From contig JBFLVL010000005.1 in NCBI GenBank assembly GCA_040758495.1, positions 35,682-99,681 on the forward strand: a stretch of DNA of 64,000 nucleotides, written 5' to 3'. Numbering within the stretch: position 1 is the first letter of the stretch; every line of letters starts with the position of its first letter. This DNA is from Chloroflexota bacterium. GTDB taxonomy: Bacteria; Chloroflexota; Anaerolineae; Anaerolineales; JBFLVL01. The notes under the pieces are model-generated. The model searched no databases. It was not told where the DNA came from and saw nothing but the letters and a program-made list of their open reading frames with translations. A program made the translations under genes and the position numbers. Positions 44,203 to 53,787 of this stretch are shown here, piece after piece.

Positions 44203-46368
44203 TCAGAGTGTGCCCTTACCATCGTTCTGTATTGCTGGAATATAGAGCGTATCTAAATACTCTTTGACCACGCGCCGCATACAGAAACGTGGAGCTAAGG
44301 TGCGGATGGTTTCTTTCATCCGTGCGATCCACCCACCTGGCAACCCATCTGAGGGACGACTTTCATAGTACAGGGGAATGATCTCATCCTCAAGCACCTC
44401 GTACAAGCTTTCAGCATCCACTTCATCCTGAATGTTTTGGTCAGTGCAATCCTCGTCTTTCCCTATAGCCCAACCATTACGCCCGTTGTACCCCTCGCGC
44501 CACCAGCCATCCAGCACGGAAAAATTCAGCACTCCGTTAAGGGCGGCTTTTTGACCAGAGGTGCCCGAAGCTTCGTAGGGACGCCGAGGAGTGTTCAACC
44601 ATACATCCACACCCTGCACCAGATAGCGCGCCAGGTTCATGTCATAGTCTTCCAGGAAAACCATCCTCCCACCATTCTCCGCACGTTTCAGCGTACGATA
44701 TATCTGCTGGATGAGCTGTTTGGCAGGCTCATCCGCGGGATGGGCTTTACCGGTGAAGATAATCTGCACCGGCATGTTCGGTCGGTTGATTAAATCCAGC
44801 AATCGGTCTATATCCCGCAAGATCAGATTGGCTCGTTTGTAGGTGGCAAATCGGCGAGCAAACCCAATTGTCAGAGCGTAAGGGTCAAGCAACACGCCAG
44901 CAGCCACGACCTGCACGGGGTGAACATTGTCGTACAACCACTGCCTACGGGCTCGTTCCCGAATATAAGCTACTAGTTTACGTTTCAGGTGACGATGCAC
45001 CTCCCATAACTCTATATCCGGAATCTCCTCAATCTTCTCCCACATCTCAGGGTTATCTGCATGTTCAATCCAACCAGGGCCAAGGTAGAGATCGAACAGA
45101 TTCCTCAATCTGCGCGCTACCCATGTGCCGCTATGAACGCCATTGGTGACATGGGTTATGGGCACATCATCCTCACGTTTATCAGGCCATACGAAATGCC
45201 ACATCTTGCGCGCTACCTTAGCATGCAGTTCGGATACCCCATTACGAAATCCAGAAAAACGCAGAGCCATGACAGGCATACTAAACGTTTCACCCCAAGG
45301 TTGTTTATTACGAGCCAGGTCAATAAATTGTTCCCGTTCCAAGCCCAACTCAGGCCATAAGGTTGAGAAATATTTATCTATCAACCATAAAGGAAATTCG
45401 TCGCTCCCGGCCGGAACGGAGGTATGAGTAGTAAATACGGTGCTTGCCTGGACTTTTTGCGTGGCCTCGTCAAATGAGTGACCAGCAGCAACCATCTCTC
45501 TAATCCGTTCTAAATTGATGAACGCTGAATGTCCTTCATTCATATGCCACACTCGAGGGTTGTATCCCAACACCCGTAAGGCACGTACCCCACCTACTCC
45601 CAAGATGATTTCTTGAGAAATGCGCGAATCCGGGTCGCTGCTATACAACCTGGCGGTCAACTGCCGATCGGCTTCCGAATTACCTTCCACGTCGGTATCT
45701 AAAAGGAAGAGCGGGACACGACCAATGCGGATCTCCCATAGCTTGGCTTGAACTTCTCTCCCTGGCAGGGAAACGGAAACCGTCATTGGTTTGTCGTCCA
45801 CATCCAACAATGGGATCACAGGCAACTCATTGAAATCAAGATCCATTCTGTGGTCTACCTGCCAACCATCCTCGGTAATGTGTTGCGAGAAATACCCCTG
45901 GGTGTAAAGGAAGCCCACGGCTACAATAGGCAAACCGATATCGCTGGCTTCCTTCAAGTGATCTCCAGAGAGTATGCCCAAACCTCCGGCGTATATTGGC
46001 AGGGCTTCGTGCAACCCGAATTCGGTAGAAAAATATACAATGGGTGACTCTCCGAGATGGGGATGATGTTCCTTGATCCAGGTCTTATCCGTATGCATAT
46101 ACTCGTCAAATTCCTGAATGGCCAGATCATAAAGTTCTATATAATAACGATCCTGAGCAACGGCATTCAGACGGACGCGAGGCACCCGGCGCAGAAATTT
46201 GACTGGATTGTGATACGTCTGCTCCCACAATGCCTCGTCTATGTGCCTGTACAGGCGTTGAACTTCTGGGCGCCAGGTCCACCACAGGTTGTACGCTAAC
46301 TCTCCCAAGCGATCAATGTTCTTCGGCAAGCTGAAACGGTTAGGAATTACCGCACGGTAGGTGTCCAT
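44203..46368 (-). CDS. glgP: Alpha-glucan phosphorylase (GT35, maltodextrin/glycogen phosphorylase)
   Basis: ATG at 46368 (the ORF is open to 46452). Family motifs are GGLGILSGDHLKEASD and the PLP-Lys region YEASGTSGQKAALNGVLNFSVLDGWW. Confidence 0.9.
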   Translation of the reverse strand: MDTYRAVIPNRFSLPKNIDRLGELAYNLWWTWRPEVQRLYRHIDEALWEQTYHNPVKFLRRVPRVRLNAVAQDRYYIELYDLAIQEFDEYMHTDKTWIKEHHPHLGESPIVYFSTEFGLHEALPIYAGGLGILSGDHLKEASDIGLPIVAVGFLYTQGYFSQHITEDGWQVDHRMDLDFNELPVIPLLDVDDKPMTVSVSLPGREVQAKLWEIRIGRVPLFLLDTDVEGNSEADRQLTARLYSSDPDSRISQEIILGVGGVRALRVLGYNPRVWHMNEGHSAFINLERIREMVAAGHSFDEATQKVQASTVFTTHTSVPAGSDEFPLWLIDKYFSTLWPELGLEREQFIDLARNKQPWGETFSMPVMALRFSGFRNGVSELHAKVARKMWHFVWPDKREDDVPITHVTNGVHSGTWVARRLRNLFDLYLGPGWIEHADNPEMWEKIEEIPDIELWEVHRHLKRKLVAYIRERARRQWLYDNVHPVQVVAAGVLLDPYALTIGFARRFATYKRANLILRDIDRLLDLINRPNMPVQIIFTGKAHPADEPAKQLIQQIYRTLKRAENGGRMVFLEDYDMNLARYLVQGVDVWLNTPRRPYEASGTSGQKAALNGVLNFSVLDGWWREGYNGRNGWAIGKDEDCTDQNIQDEVDAESLYEVLEDEIIPLYYESRPSDGLPGGWIARMKETIRTLAPRFCMRRVVKEYLDTLYIPAIQNDGKGTL

Positions 46369-46538
46369 ATGTAGTGTTATTAAACGTATCCTTTCTTCAC
46401 GGAATCTCCTTGAAGCAGCGCCAATCTTACCACGACCAACAAGGCTTTCCAAAGGAGCCGAGATTCACTACCCCTATATCAGAGAGTTATTCCCATCTGA
46501 AGGCTATCTTATCCCGATGTTCCTCTCTAATTACATTT

Positions 46539-47759
46539 CTAGGAACCCTCGGCAGAATTAATAGCTAGTTTTGCCTCTCGTACACGCCACATTAGCAACC
46601 CTGCCAGCAACATGAACACGGCCGCAAATATAAACATTACACGATAGTTCCCTTTGGTCAAGTCGATCAGGATACCCACTATCTGAGGGCCACCCACGGC
46701 AGCGATGTTTGAAGCGAAGTAATACAAGCCCGTAAAAGCACCCACCCTTTGGTCTCCACCTACATCATAAACCATGGGCAAGGAATTCACATTGATCAAC
46801 GCCCAAAATATCCCTGCTGGTATCAGGAAAGAGATCAACATCAGCTTGCTCTGTAAAAACAAACCATACACCAACAGCAGTGTAAGCCCGGCAATACCGA
46901 CCAGTATCACCCGCTTGCGCCCATAACGGGTAGCCAACAATCCGCTGGGGATGGCAAAAACGACAAAGGTCAGAGCCAAGGTGGATGTCAATGTACTCAT
47001 CTGCCCTTCGTCTATGCCAAGCACAAATTTGCCAAAAGACGAGATCCACGTCTCCAGAGCGTTGAATCCCAAAAACCAACAGAGGATGGCCAACAAAATC
47101 AACAATCCAGATCGATCGGAAGCATTTATCACTTCCCCCAGGTTGACAAAAAATCCACCCCCCTCCGTACGCTTGCTTTCTGGCACCTTGGGTTCACGTA
47201 AAAAGAGCACCACCAGCAAAACTGAGAGCAACATCAATAGGCTGCCAAAAGCAAACGGCGTTATGCGTCCAAAGGCATATAATATACCGCCAACCAAAAA
47301 AGCTACCACTGCGGCTGCACCTCCCATAAAATTAATCACTCCATTTGCTGTGCTGCGTTGATGCGATGGAAAGACATCCCCCAGCAAGGCTACCGTAGGC
47401 GCGCGGAATAACGCCATACCAATATTGGTAAACAGTATGACAAACATCACTCCGATCACCGAGCGTATGGCAGGTATGGCAATGAAAAAAATCGCGGCTA
47501 TTGGTGCACCGACCAGCATCCACGGTTTACGCCTCCCTAATTTTGTACGCGTGTGGTCAGAGCGTTCCCCTACGATAGGTTGGATAAACATGTTCAGATA
47601 GTTATCCCAGGTCATCACAAAACCTACCACTGTAGCGGTGAGCCCAAATTCTTTGAGAAAGATGGGGACATAATTGTTAAAAATAGGCCAGATCAAACTG
47701 ATGCCAAAAAAACCAAAAGCAAGCAAGAATGTCTTACCGTAAGGGAAACGCTCTTTCAT
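46539..47759 (-). CDS. MFS transporter (GPH/SLC45-like, probable glycoside transporter)
   Basis: 406 aa with 12 predicted TM helices. The loop 2-3 motif is GERSDHTRTKLGRRKPWMLVG. It lies adjacent to glgP. Confidence 0.75.
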   Translation of the reverse strand: MKERFPYGKTFLLAFGFFGISLIWPIFNNYVPIFLKEFGLTATVVGFVMTWDNYLNMFIQPIVGERSDHTRTKLGRRKPWMLVGAPIAAIFFIAIPAIRSVIGVMFVILFTNIGMALFRAPTVALLGDVFPSHQRSTANGVINFMGGAAAVVAFLVGGILYAFGRITPFAFGSLLMLLSVLLVVLFLREPKVPESKRTEGGGFFVNLGEVINASDRSGLLILLAILCWFLGFNALETWISSFGKFVLGIDEGQMSTLTSTLALTFVVFAIPSGLLATRYGRKRVILVGIAGLTLLLVYGLFLQSKLMLISFLIPAGIFWALINVNSLPMVYDVGGDQRVGAFTGLYYFASNIAAVGGPQIVGILIDLTKGNYRVMFIFAAVFMLLAGLLMWRVREAKLAINSAEGS

Positions 47760-47858
47760 GATTTGCCTCCAAGAATGGATTTAGATTGGTAAGCTGTTCA
47801 TCGTTCCAACAGGTGAAAAGGATAAGGGGTTTAAAAAGCTGGCTTCAAAGACACCTGC

Positions 47859-48617
47859 CTAAGCTTCAACGTTATCGTCATTCACAGAATGTCCTTCTTC
47901 CAACTGATTTATAAAAACCCGGTCTTCAGGTGAAACGTCAATAAGATGCAACAGGTCAGGTCGTCGTTTCCAGGTACGTAGCAAGGATTGCTCTCGCCGC
48001 CAGCGAGCAATGCGAGCGTGATCCCCCGAAAGCAACACCTCCGGCACCTTCCAACCGCGGAATTCGGCTGGTCGGGTGTAATGTGGATATTCCAGCAAAC
48101 CTATGGAATGCGAATCTTTTTCCGTCGCTTCTGGGTCGCCTAATGCTCCCGGTAATAACCGGGTAAGGGCATCAATGATGATCAAAGCCGGTAGTTCCCC
48201 ACCTGTCAGTACATAATCCCCCACGGAAATTTCGTCGGTGACCAGGTGTTGACGTATTCGTTCATCCACTCCCTCGTAGCGCCCACAAATGAATGCCAAC
48301 CGCGGGTGTTGAACCAGTTCCCTGGCAACCTTTTGGGTGAAAAGACGTCCTTGGGGGGTGAGAAGGATCACCGGGCACTCAGGGGGAGCACCGACCACTT
48401 CCTCCACCGCGGCAAACATGGGTGCCGGTTTGATGACCATGCCACCTCCCCCACCATAGGGTTCATCATCGGTTAAGTGATGTTTGTCCTTTGCCCAATC
48501 GCGGATATTATGTACGGCGACTTGAATCAGACCCTTCTCCTGGGCGCGTTGTAAGATAGAGGCCTCCAGGTAAGAAGTAAACACTTCGGGAAGCAAGCTG
48601 AAGACATCCACTCGCAT
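47859..48617 (-). CDS. trmD: tRNA (guanine37-N1)-methyltransferase
   Basis: 252 aa with [13 protein letters not shown]..., [12 protein letters not shown] and [21 protein letters not shown], all classic TrmD motifs. Confidence 0.93.
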   Translation of the reverse strand: MRVDVFSLLPEVFTSYLEASILQRAQEKGLIQVAVHNIRDWAKDKHHLTDDEPYGGGGGMVIKPAPMFAAVEEVVGAPPECPVILLTPQGRLFTQKVARELVQHPRLAFICGRYEGVDERIRQHLVTDEISVGDYVLTGGELPALIIIDALTRLLPGALGDPEATEKDSHSIGLLEYPHYTRPAEFRGWKVPEVLLSGDHARIARWRREQSLLRTWKRRPDLLHLIDVSPEDRVFINQLEEGHSVNDDNVEA

Positions 48618-48776
48618 GCCATCATTCTAGCCCCATGGAGAGATATTGGCAAGCGACATAGAAATAAAAATGTGACTATGCTTACACACCTTCCTGGCCA
48701 TAACCAGCCTTAGGAAGACATGCATAAAAATGCCAAGTTCTTGACGCTTAACCCTGCTCTAAGGTAAGATGCAGAC

Positions 48777-50000
48777 ATGTATCTAAAAGGCAGCAACTGG
48801 AAAGTGACCAGAAAGAAGCCTCGTCGTTCGAGGCCATGGTACGTCTTCTTCTTTCTGCTACTGATCGGCGCTGCGCTGTATGTGAACCAGAAGATCGTCC
48901 CGGTCACTCCCCCGCTCTTCATTCCCACACCCACGGCTACTCGCAGTCCGGAATCGTTCTTAAGCGAAGCAGAGGCATTGTATAAAGCCGGAAAGTTACA
49001 AGCTGCCATCCAGGCATACCAACAAGCCATCTTGGCTGACCCTTCAAATCCCAACCTGTATGTAGACCTAGCACGCGTTCAGGTATTTTCCGGAGAATAC
49101 GAGGCTGCTCTTACCAGTGCCGATAATGCCCTGCTTCTCAACCCTAACCTGGGGATGGCGCACGCGGTACGCGGCTGGGCACTTGACTTTATGGGCGATT
49201 TCCTGGCTGCCTCAGCAGCAATCGAACGCGCCCTGGAATTTGATCCCGATAATCCTATTATCCACGCTTACTACGCAGAGGTACTTGCAGATAGTGGGGA
49301 TTACATAAAAGCGGGGGACGAGTCCCGTCTGGCTCTCGAATTAGGCCCCAACCTACTTGAAACCCGCCGCGCCCGGGGGTACGTGCTCTGGTTGACCGCC
49401 AATTACGAAGAAGCGATTATAGAATACAAGGCTGCACTGGCAATAAACAATAAAATCTCAGACTTGCACATGGCCTTGGGATACAATTACCTGGCTCTCG
49501 GTGACTACGAGGGGGCAGTCACTACCTTCCTGGACGCAACTGCCCTGAACCCCGATGATCCCAAACCAGTCACAGAAATATCGCGTACATATGCCATCGA
49601 AGGACAGTTTGGGAAGGCAGTCCAATACGCCCAACAAGCATTAAAGAGCCAACCAACTAATCCCAGACTTCACGGCAACCTGGGCGTAATGCTGTATAAA
49701 AACAATCAGCTAATAGAAGCCCTCCAGCATTTGTCTTTAGCCATCCAAGGAGGCACTACAGAGGATGGTCAGGTAGTAAATGGCGTCCCCCTAGATTACG
49801 GACGGGTAGCAGAATACTACTTTACATACGGTCTCGCACTGGCAAAAACCAACCAGTGTGGCCTGGCTTTACCCATCTTTCAAGCGATCCTAGCCATTGT
49901 GCCCGATGATGAAATCGCCACCTACAACGCAAATGAGGGGTTGCGTATCTGCCAGGAAAGCCTGACCTCTACACCAACAACTGGTACCCCTGTACCTTGA
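48777..50000 (+). CDS. Membrane-anchored tetratricopeptide repeat protein, paralog 1
   Basis: 407 aa with a basic N-terminus, one TM helix and the linker PLFIPTPTATRSP. Multiple TPR units follow (A..Y..AL..DP.N). Confidence 0.8.
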   Translation: MYLKGSNWKVTRKKPRRSRPWYVFFFLLLIGAALYVNQKIVPVTPPLFIPTPTATRSPESFLSEAEALYKAGKLQAAIQAYQQAILADPSNPNLYVDLARVQVFSGEYEAALTSADNALLLNPNLGMAHAVRGWALDFMGDFLAASAAIERALEFDPDNPIIHAYYAEVLADSGDYIKAGDESRLALELGPNLLETRRARGYVLWLTANYEEAIIEYKAALAINNKISDLHMALGYNYLALGDYEGAVTTFLDATALNPDDPKPVTEISRTYAIEGQFGKAVQYAQQALKSQPTNPRLHGNLGVMLYKNNQLIEALQHLSLAIQGGTTEDGQVVNGVPLDYGRVAEYYFTYGLALAKTNQCGLALPIFQAILAIVPDDEIATYNANEGLRICQESLTSTPTTGTPVP

Positions 50001-50002
50001 TC

Positions 50003-51346
50003 ATGAACTTAAGCAGTAAACGCCCCACTTTCCACGAAAGTGGACCTCGTTCGAACCCTTACCGGGTGTTCGCGCTGCTTCTCATCACAGCGGCTGGTGT
50101 GTGGCTGATACAACAAAAGCAGCATGGTAAAGTGCAACCCCTTTTTATGCCCACACCAACGGCTACTCGTACAGCTAACTCCTGGGCAGAGGAGGGCGCT
50201 GCCCTGTTCAATGCAGGGCATCTCCAGGGTTCAATTGATGCATACCAAAAAGCTTTGGTTTTGGACCCCAACAACGCCCAACTTTGGGCTGAACTTGCAA
50301 GGATACAAACCTACTCCTCCAGCCTGTTGACCACTAAAGAGGAGCGTCTGGCGCGACTGCAAGATGCGCTTGCTTCCATTGATCAAGCCGTGGCACTGGC
50401 CCCTGACGAGAGCACTATTCATGCCATCCGTGCCCTGGTATTGGATTGGAACGCCTCCCAAATCCCTGAACAACGCGATGTGCTGTTGAACGAGGCCGAA
50501 GCCGAGGCACGAAGAGCATTACAGCTTGAGAGCTGGAACCCTCTGGCTCTGGCATTTTACGCTGAAGTGCTCAGCGACCAGCAAAAGTGGGCTCAAGCTG
50601 AAGGATACGCCCGTCAAGCCGTGGATCTGGCCCCTGACTCCATGGACACACATCGGGTATACGCGGTTGTACTGGAATCATTAGGCAAATACCGTCAAGC
50701 AATTGAAGAATACGAAAAGGCTGTCAAGATTAATCCCAACCTCACCTTCCTGTACCTCAGTATCGGATACAACTACCGCCATCTGGAAGTATATGATCGT
50801 GCCCTTACTTCTTTCGATAAAGCTGCCAGCATCAATCAACAACTAGGCATCAAAGATCCTTTGCCATATATTGCTATCGCCAAAACATACGCCCAACAGG
50901 GAGAATTTTTTATCGCCGCTCGCAATGCAGAACGCGCAGTGTTAATAGACCCAACCAACGCCAACACCTATGCTCAGTTAGGCAGGATCTACATACAAGG
51001 ACGAAACTACGAGGGCGCCATTCCGGTATTGAAGTGTGCCGTGGAAGGTTGCACAGCCGCAGAAAACCAACAAATACTGCAACAATTACTCCAGAGCTTT
51101 TACATTGAAGAAAATATCGGCGGAGTAGACATACAACCTTTACCACTGAATTCGTTAGATGTAGCTTTTTACTATGTCCAGTATGGCTCTATCCTGGCGG
51201 CGCTGGACCGCTGTGAAGAGGCACTCCCTTTCCTGGAATTAGCTGGGGCCACCTTCCCCCACGAGAATATTTTGGAAATTGTACAAGAGAGCAAAATGGT
51301 GTGTGCCACCCTAAAAGGCAGCCCGCAAATGGAAATCAGTCCCTAG
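50003..51346 (+). CDS. Membrane-anchored tetratricopeptide repeat protein, paralog 2
   Basis: ATG at 50003; a TTG at 49997 would overlap the upstream stop. It has the same architecture, with linker PLFMPTPTATRTA followed by TPR units. Confidence 0.8.
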   Translation: MNLSSKRPTFHESGPRSNPYRVFALLLITAAGVWLIQQKQHGKVQPLFMPTPTATRTANSWAEEGAALFNAGHLQGSIDAYQKALVLDPNNAQLWAELARIQTYSSSLLTTKEERLARLQDALASIDQAVALAPDESTIHAIRALVLDWNASQIPEQRDVLLNEAEAEARRALQLESWNPLALAFYAEVLSDQQKWAQAEGYARQAVDLAPDSMDTHRVYAVVLESLGKYRQAIEEYEKAVKINPNLTFLYLSIGYNYRHLEVYDRALTSFDKAASINQQLGIKDPLPYIAIAKTYAQQGEFFIAARNAERAVLIDPTNANTYAQLGRIYIQGRNYEGAIPVLKCAVEGCTAAENQQILQQLLQSFYIEENIGGVDIQPLPLNSLDVAFYYVQYGSILAALDRCEEALPFLELAGATFPHENILEIVQESKMVCATLKGSPQMEISP

Positions 51347-51379
51347 GATATCAGAGCTTTGTTAATCCTGGTCTGCCCC

Positions 51380-51408
51380 TTGACGATATTTTTAAAGACG
51401 GGTATTAT
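51380..51408 (+). promoter_or_regulatory. groESL promoter
   Basis: TTGACG (51380-51385), a 17-nt spacer, then TATTAT (51403-51408), immediately upstream of CIRCE. Confidence 0.6.
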
Positions 51409-51420
51409 ACGCCCATAAAG

Positions 51421-51447
51421 TTAGCACTCGACATCGAAGAGTGCTAA
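51421..51447 (+). promoter_or_regulatory. CIRCE operator (HrcA binding site)
   Basis: TTAGCACTC-gacatcgaa-GAGTGCTAA is a perfect match to the CIRCE consensus TTAGCACTC-N9-GAGTGCTAA. It lies 48 nt upstream of groES. Confidence 0.95.
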
Positions 51448-51494
51448 CTTATCTGCATGTAAACTCATTTTATCGTAATACTTAGGAGGATTAT

Positions 51495-51791
51495 ATGGAT
51501 CTGAAGCTCAAACCCTTGGGCAACCGCTTGGTGGTTCAACCTATCGAACAAGAAGAGACCACTGCAGGCGGTATTGTACTTCCTGAAACAGCCAAAGAAA
51601 AACCCCAGAAAGGGACTGTGTTGGCTGTCGGGCCTGGAGACCGCGATGAAAGCGGTAAACGCATCCCAATGGATATCAAAGTAAATGACACTGTGCTGTT
51701 TGCCAAGTACTCAGGTACCGAATTCAAAATAAACAGCGACAAGTTGCTCATCCTGCGGGAAAGTGATGTATTGGCCATCATCGAAAAATAA
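51495..51791 (+). CDS. groES: Co-chaperonin GroES
   Basis: 98 aa reading [51 protein letters not shown] lies upstream of the ATG. Confidence 0.97.
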   Translation: MDLKLKPLGNRLVVQPIEQEETTAGGIVLPETAKEKPQKGTVLAVGPGDRDESGKRIPMDIKVNDTVLFAKYSGTEFKINSDKLLILRESDVLAIIEK

Positions 51792-51829
51792 CCAAAAAAT
51801 GAAATTATATTTATAAGGAGTGAATATCT

Positions 51830-53458
51830 ATGGGTGCAAAACAATTGGCTTTTTCCGAAGATGCACGTCGTCGTCTTAAAAATGGTGTGGATATCCTTGC
51901 CGAAGCAGTGGTGACTACTTTAGGGCCAAAAGGCCGTAACGTGGCTCTGGATCGCAAATTTGGCGCCCCGACGATCACCCACGACGGTGTGACCGTAGCT
52001 AAAGAAATCGAGCTTGAGGACCCATTTGAGAACATGGGAGCACAACTGCTTAAGGAAGCAGCCACAAAGACGAATGACATCGCTGGTGATGGTACAACCA
52101 CATCTACCCTCCTGGCTCACTCGATTGTATCTGATGGCCTGAAGAACCTGGCGGCTGGCTCAAATCCCATGCTGCTCAAACGTGGTATCGAAGCCGCCTC
52201 AAAAATTGTGGCAGAAGCAATCAGTAAACAGGCAATAGACCTGACTACCAAAACGGATATTGCCAACGTTGCCTCTATCTCCGCTCAGGACCGCGAAATT
52301 GGAGAACTAATCGCCGAGGTGTTCGACAAAGTTGGAAACGATGGCGTTATCACGGTTGAGGAGTCCAAAGGTCTGGAGTTCGAGACCGACTATGTTGAGG
52401 GTATGCAATTCGATCGGGGCTACATCTCGGCTTACTTCATCACCGACCCCGAGAACATGGAAGCGAACATCGCAGAACCTTACATCCTGGTTTATGATAA
52501 GAAGATCTCCGCAGCTCAAGATATCGTCCCCCTCCTGGAGAAACTCGTCCAGATTGGCAAACGCGAGCTGGTGATTATCGCTGAGGATGTTGACGGTGAA
52601 GCTCTCGCCACGCTGGTATTGAACAAACTGCGCGGTATGCTCAACGTTCTGGCAGTTAAAGCCCCTGGCTTCGGCGATCGGCGGAAGGCCATGTTGCAGG
52701 ACATCGCCATTCTGACCAACGCCAGCCTGATCTCCGAGGAGACAGGACGTAAACTAGAAAGTGCTACTGTTTCAGATCTAGGCCGCGCCGAAAAGGTGGT
52801 CGCCACGAAGGATGACACCACGATCATTGGTGGTAAGGGTGATCCGAAGGGTATCAAAGGTCGCATTGATCAAATCCGCGTGGAGATCGAAAAAAGCACC
52901 AGCGATTATGACCGTGAGAAACTCCAGGAACGCTTGGCAAAACTGTCCGGTGGCGTAGCAGTCATCGGCGTAGGGGCAGCCACAGAAACCGAACTGAAGG
53001 AGAAAAAGCACCGCGTGGAAGATGCCGTTTCAGCAACCCGTGCGGCAATCGAGGACGGGATCGTGGCTGGTGGTGGCGTTGCGCTGATCAACGTTATGCA
53101 CACTTTGGACGATGTCAAAATGGAATTTGAAGACGCCCAGATCGGCGTGAACATCGTCCGAAAGGCGCTGGAGATGCCCCTTCGCAAGATTGCCGAGAAT
53201 GCTGGCAAGGACGGGTCTGTGGTGCTAGAAAATGTACGCCGTGAGCAGGAAAAGAATAAGAATAAGAATATCGGATTCAACGTTCTGACCGAAACATACG
53301 ACGATATGATCAAGGACGGCGTGATTGACCCTGCGAAGGTGACACGTGGCGCCTTGGAGAACGCGGCCTCTATCGCTGCTATGATCCTGACTACCGAAGC
53401 CTTGATTACGGACTTACCGGAGCCTGAGAAGCCAACTCCTCCGATGCCGGAATACTAA
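51830..53458 (+). CDS. groEL: Chaperonin GroEL
   Basis: 542 aa with [14 protein letters not shown]..., GPKGRNV and [16 protein letters not shown] lies upstream of the ATG. Confidence 0.98.
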   Translation: MGAKQLAFSEDARRRLKNGVDILAEAVVTTLGPKGRNVALDRKFGAPTITHDGVTVAKEIELEDPFENMGAQLLKEAATKTNDIAGDGTTTSTLLAHSIVSDGLKNLAAGSNPMLLKRGIEAASKIVAEAISKQAIDLTTKTDIANVASISAQDREIGELIAEVFDKVGNDGVITVEESKGLEFETDYVEGMQFDRGYISAYFITDPENMEANIAEPYILVYDKKISAAQDIVPLLEKLVQIGKRELVIIAEDVDGEALATLVLNKLRGMLNVLAVKAPGFGDRRKAMLQDIAILTNASLISEETGRKLESATVSDLGRAEKVVATKDDTTIIGGKGDPKGIKGRIDQIRVEIEKSTSDYDREKLQERLAKLSGGVAVIGVGAATETELKEKKHRVEDAVSATRAAIEDGIVAGGGVALINVMHTLDDVKMEFEDAQIGVNIVRKALEMPLRKIAENAGKDGSVVLENVRREQEKNKNKNIGFNVLTETYDDMIKDGVIDPAKVTRGALENAASIAAMILTTEALITDLPEPEKPTPPMPEY

Positions 53459-53477
53459 ACCACTACAAGCATGGTTG

Positions 53478-53504
53478 GGGCGGGTGAAAACCCGCCCTTT
53501 CTTT
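53478..53504 (+). terminator. Intrinsic terminator of groESL
   Basis: GGGCGGGT-gaaa-ACCCGCCC followed by TTTCTTT, 20 nt after the groEL stop. Confidence 0.85.
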
Positions 53505-53787
53505 AACTGATATGTCGTTGTCTCCACCGACGAAGGCTTCAACCTAAGCTAAGCATTTTTTGCTGATTGAGCGAAAAGACCGATTAACACCACTTATTGA
53601 GGGGCGAATATTAATGCCATCAGGGGAGCATCCACGATCCCTTCCCTATAAAAATCAGCCTCTATGAATTGTTGGTAAATAGGACCAACCCGAGCATCTT
53701 TAGATTTGCATGCACTTCGTGTTAAAATCCGTCTGGACTTATGTTTTTCATATTTCTTAAAAGCGCAGAAAAGACAGGTAGCAAGAT

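Noticed and set aside
48710-49054. 114-aa minus-strand ORF overlapping the start of the first TPR gene
   Set aside because: It is antisense to a TPR gene with a clear repeat structure and has no motif or ribosome-binding site.
52516-53313. Two minus-strand ORFs (116 and 135 aa) inside groEL, and a 159-aa one inside rnj (54312-54791)
   Set aside because: They are antisense shadows of highly conserved genes.
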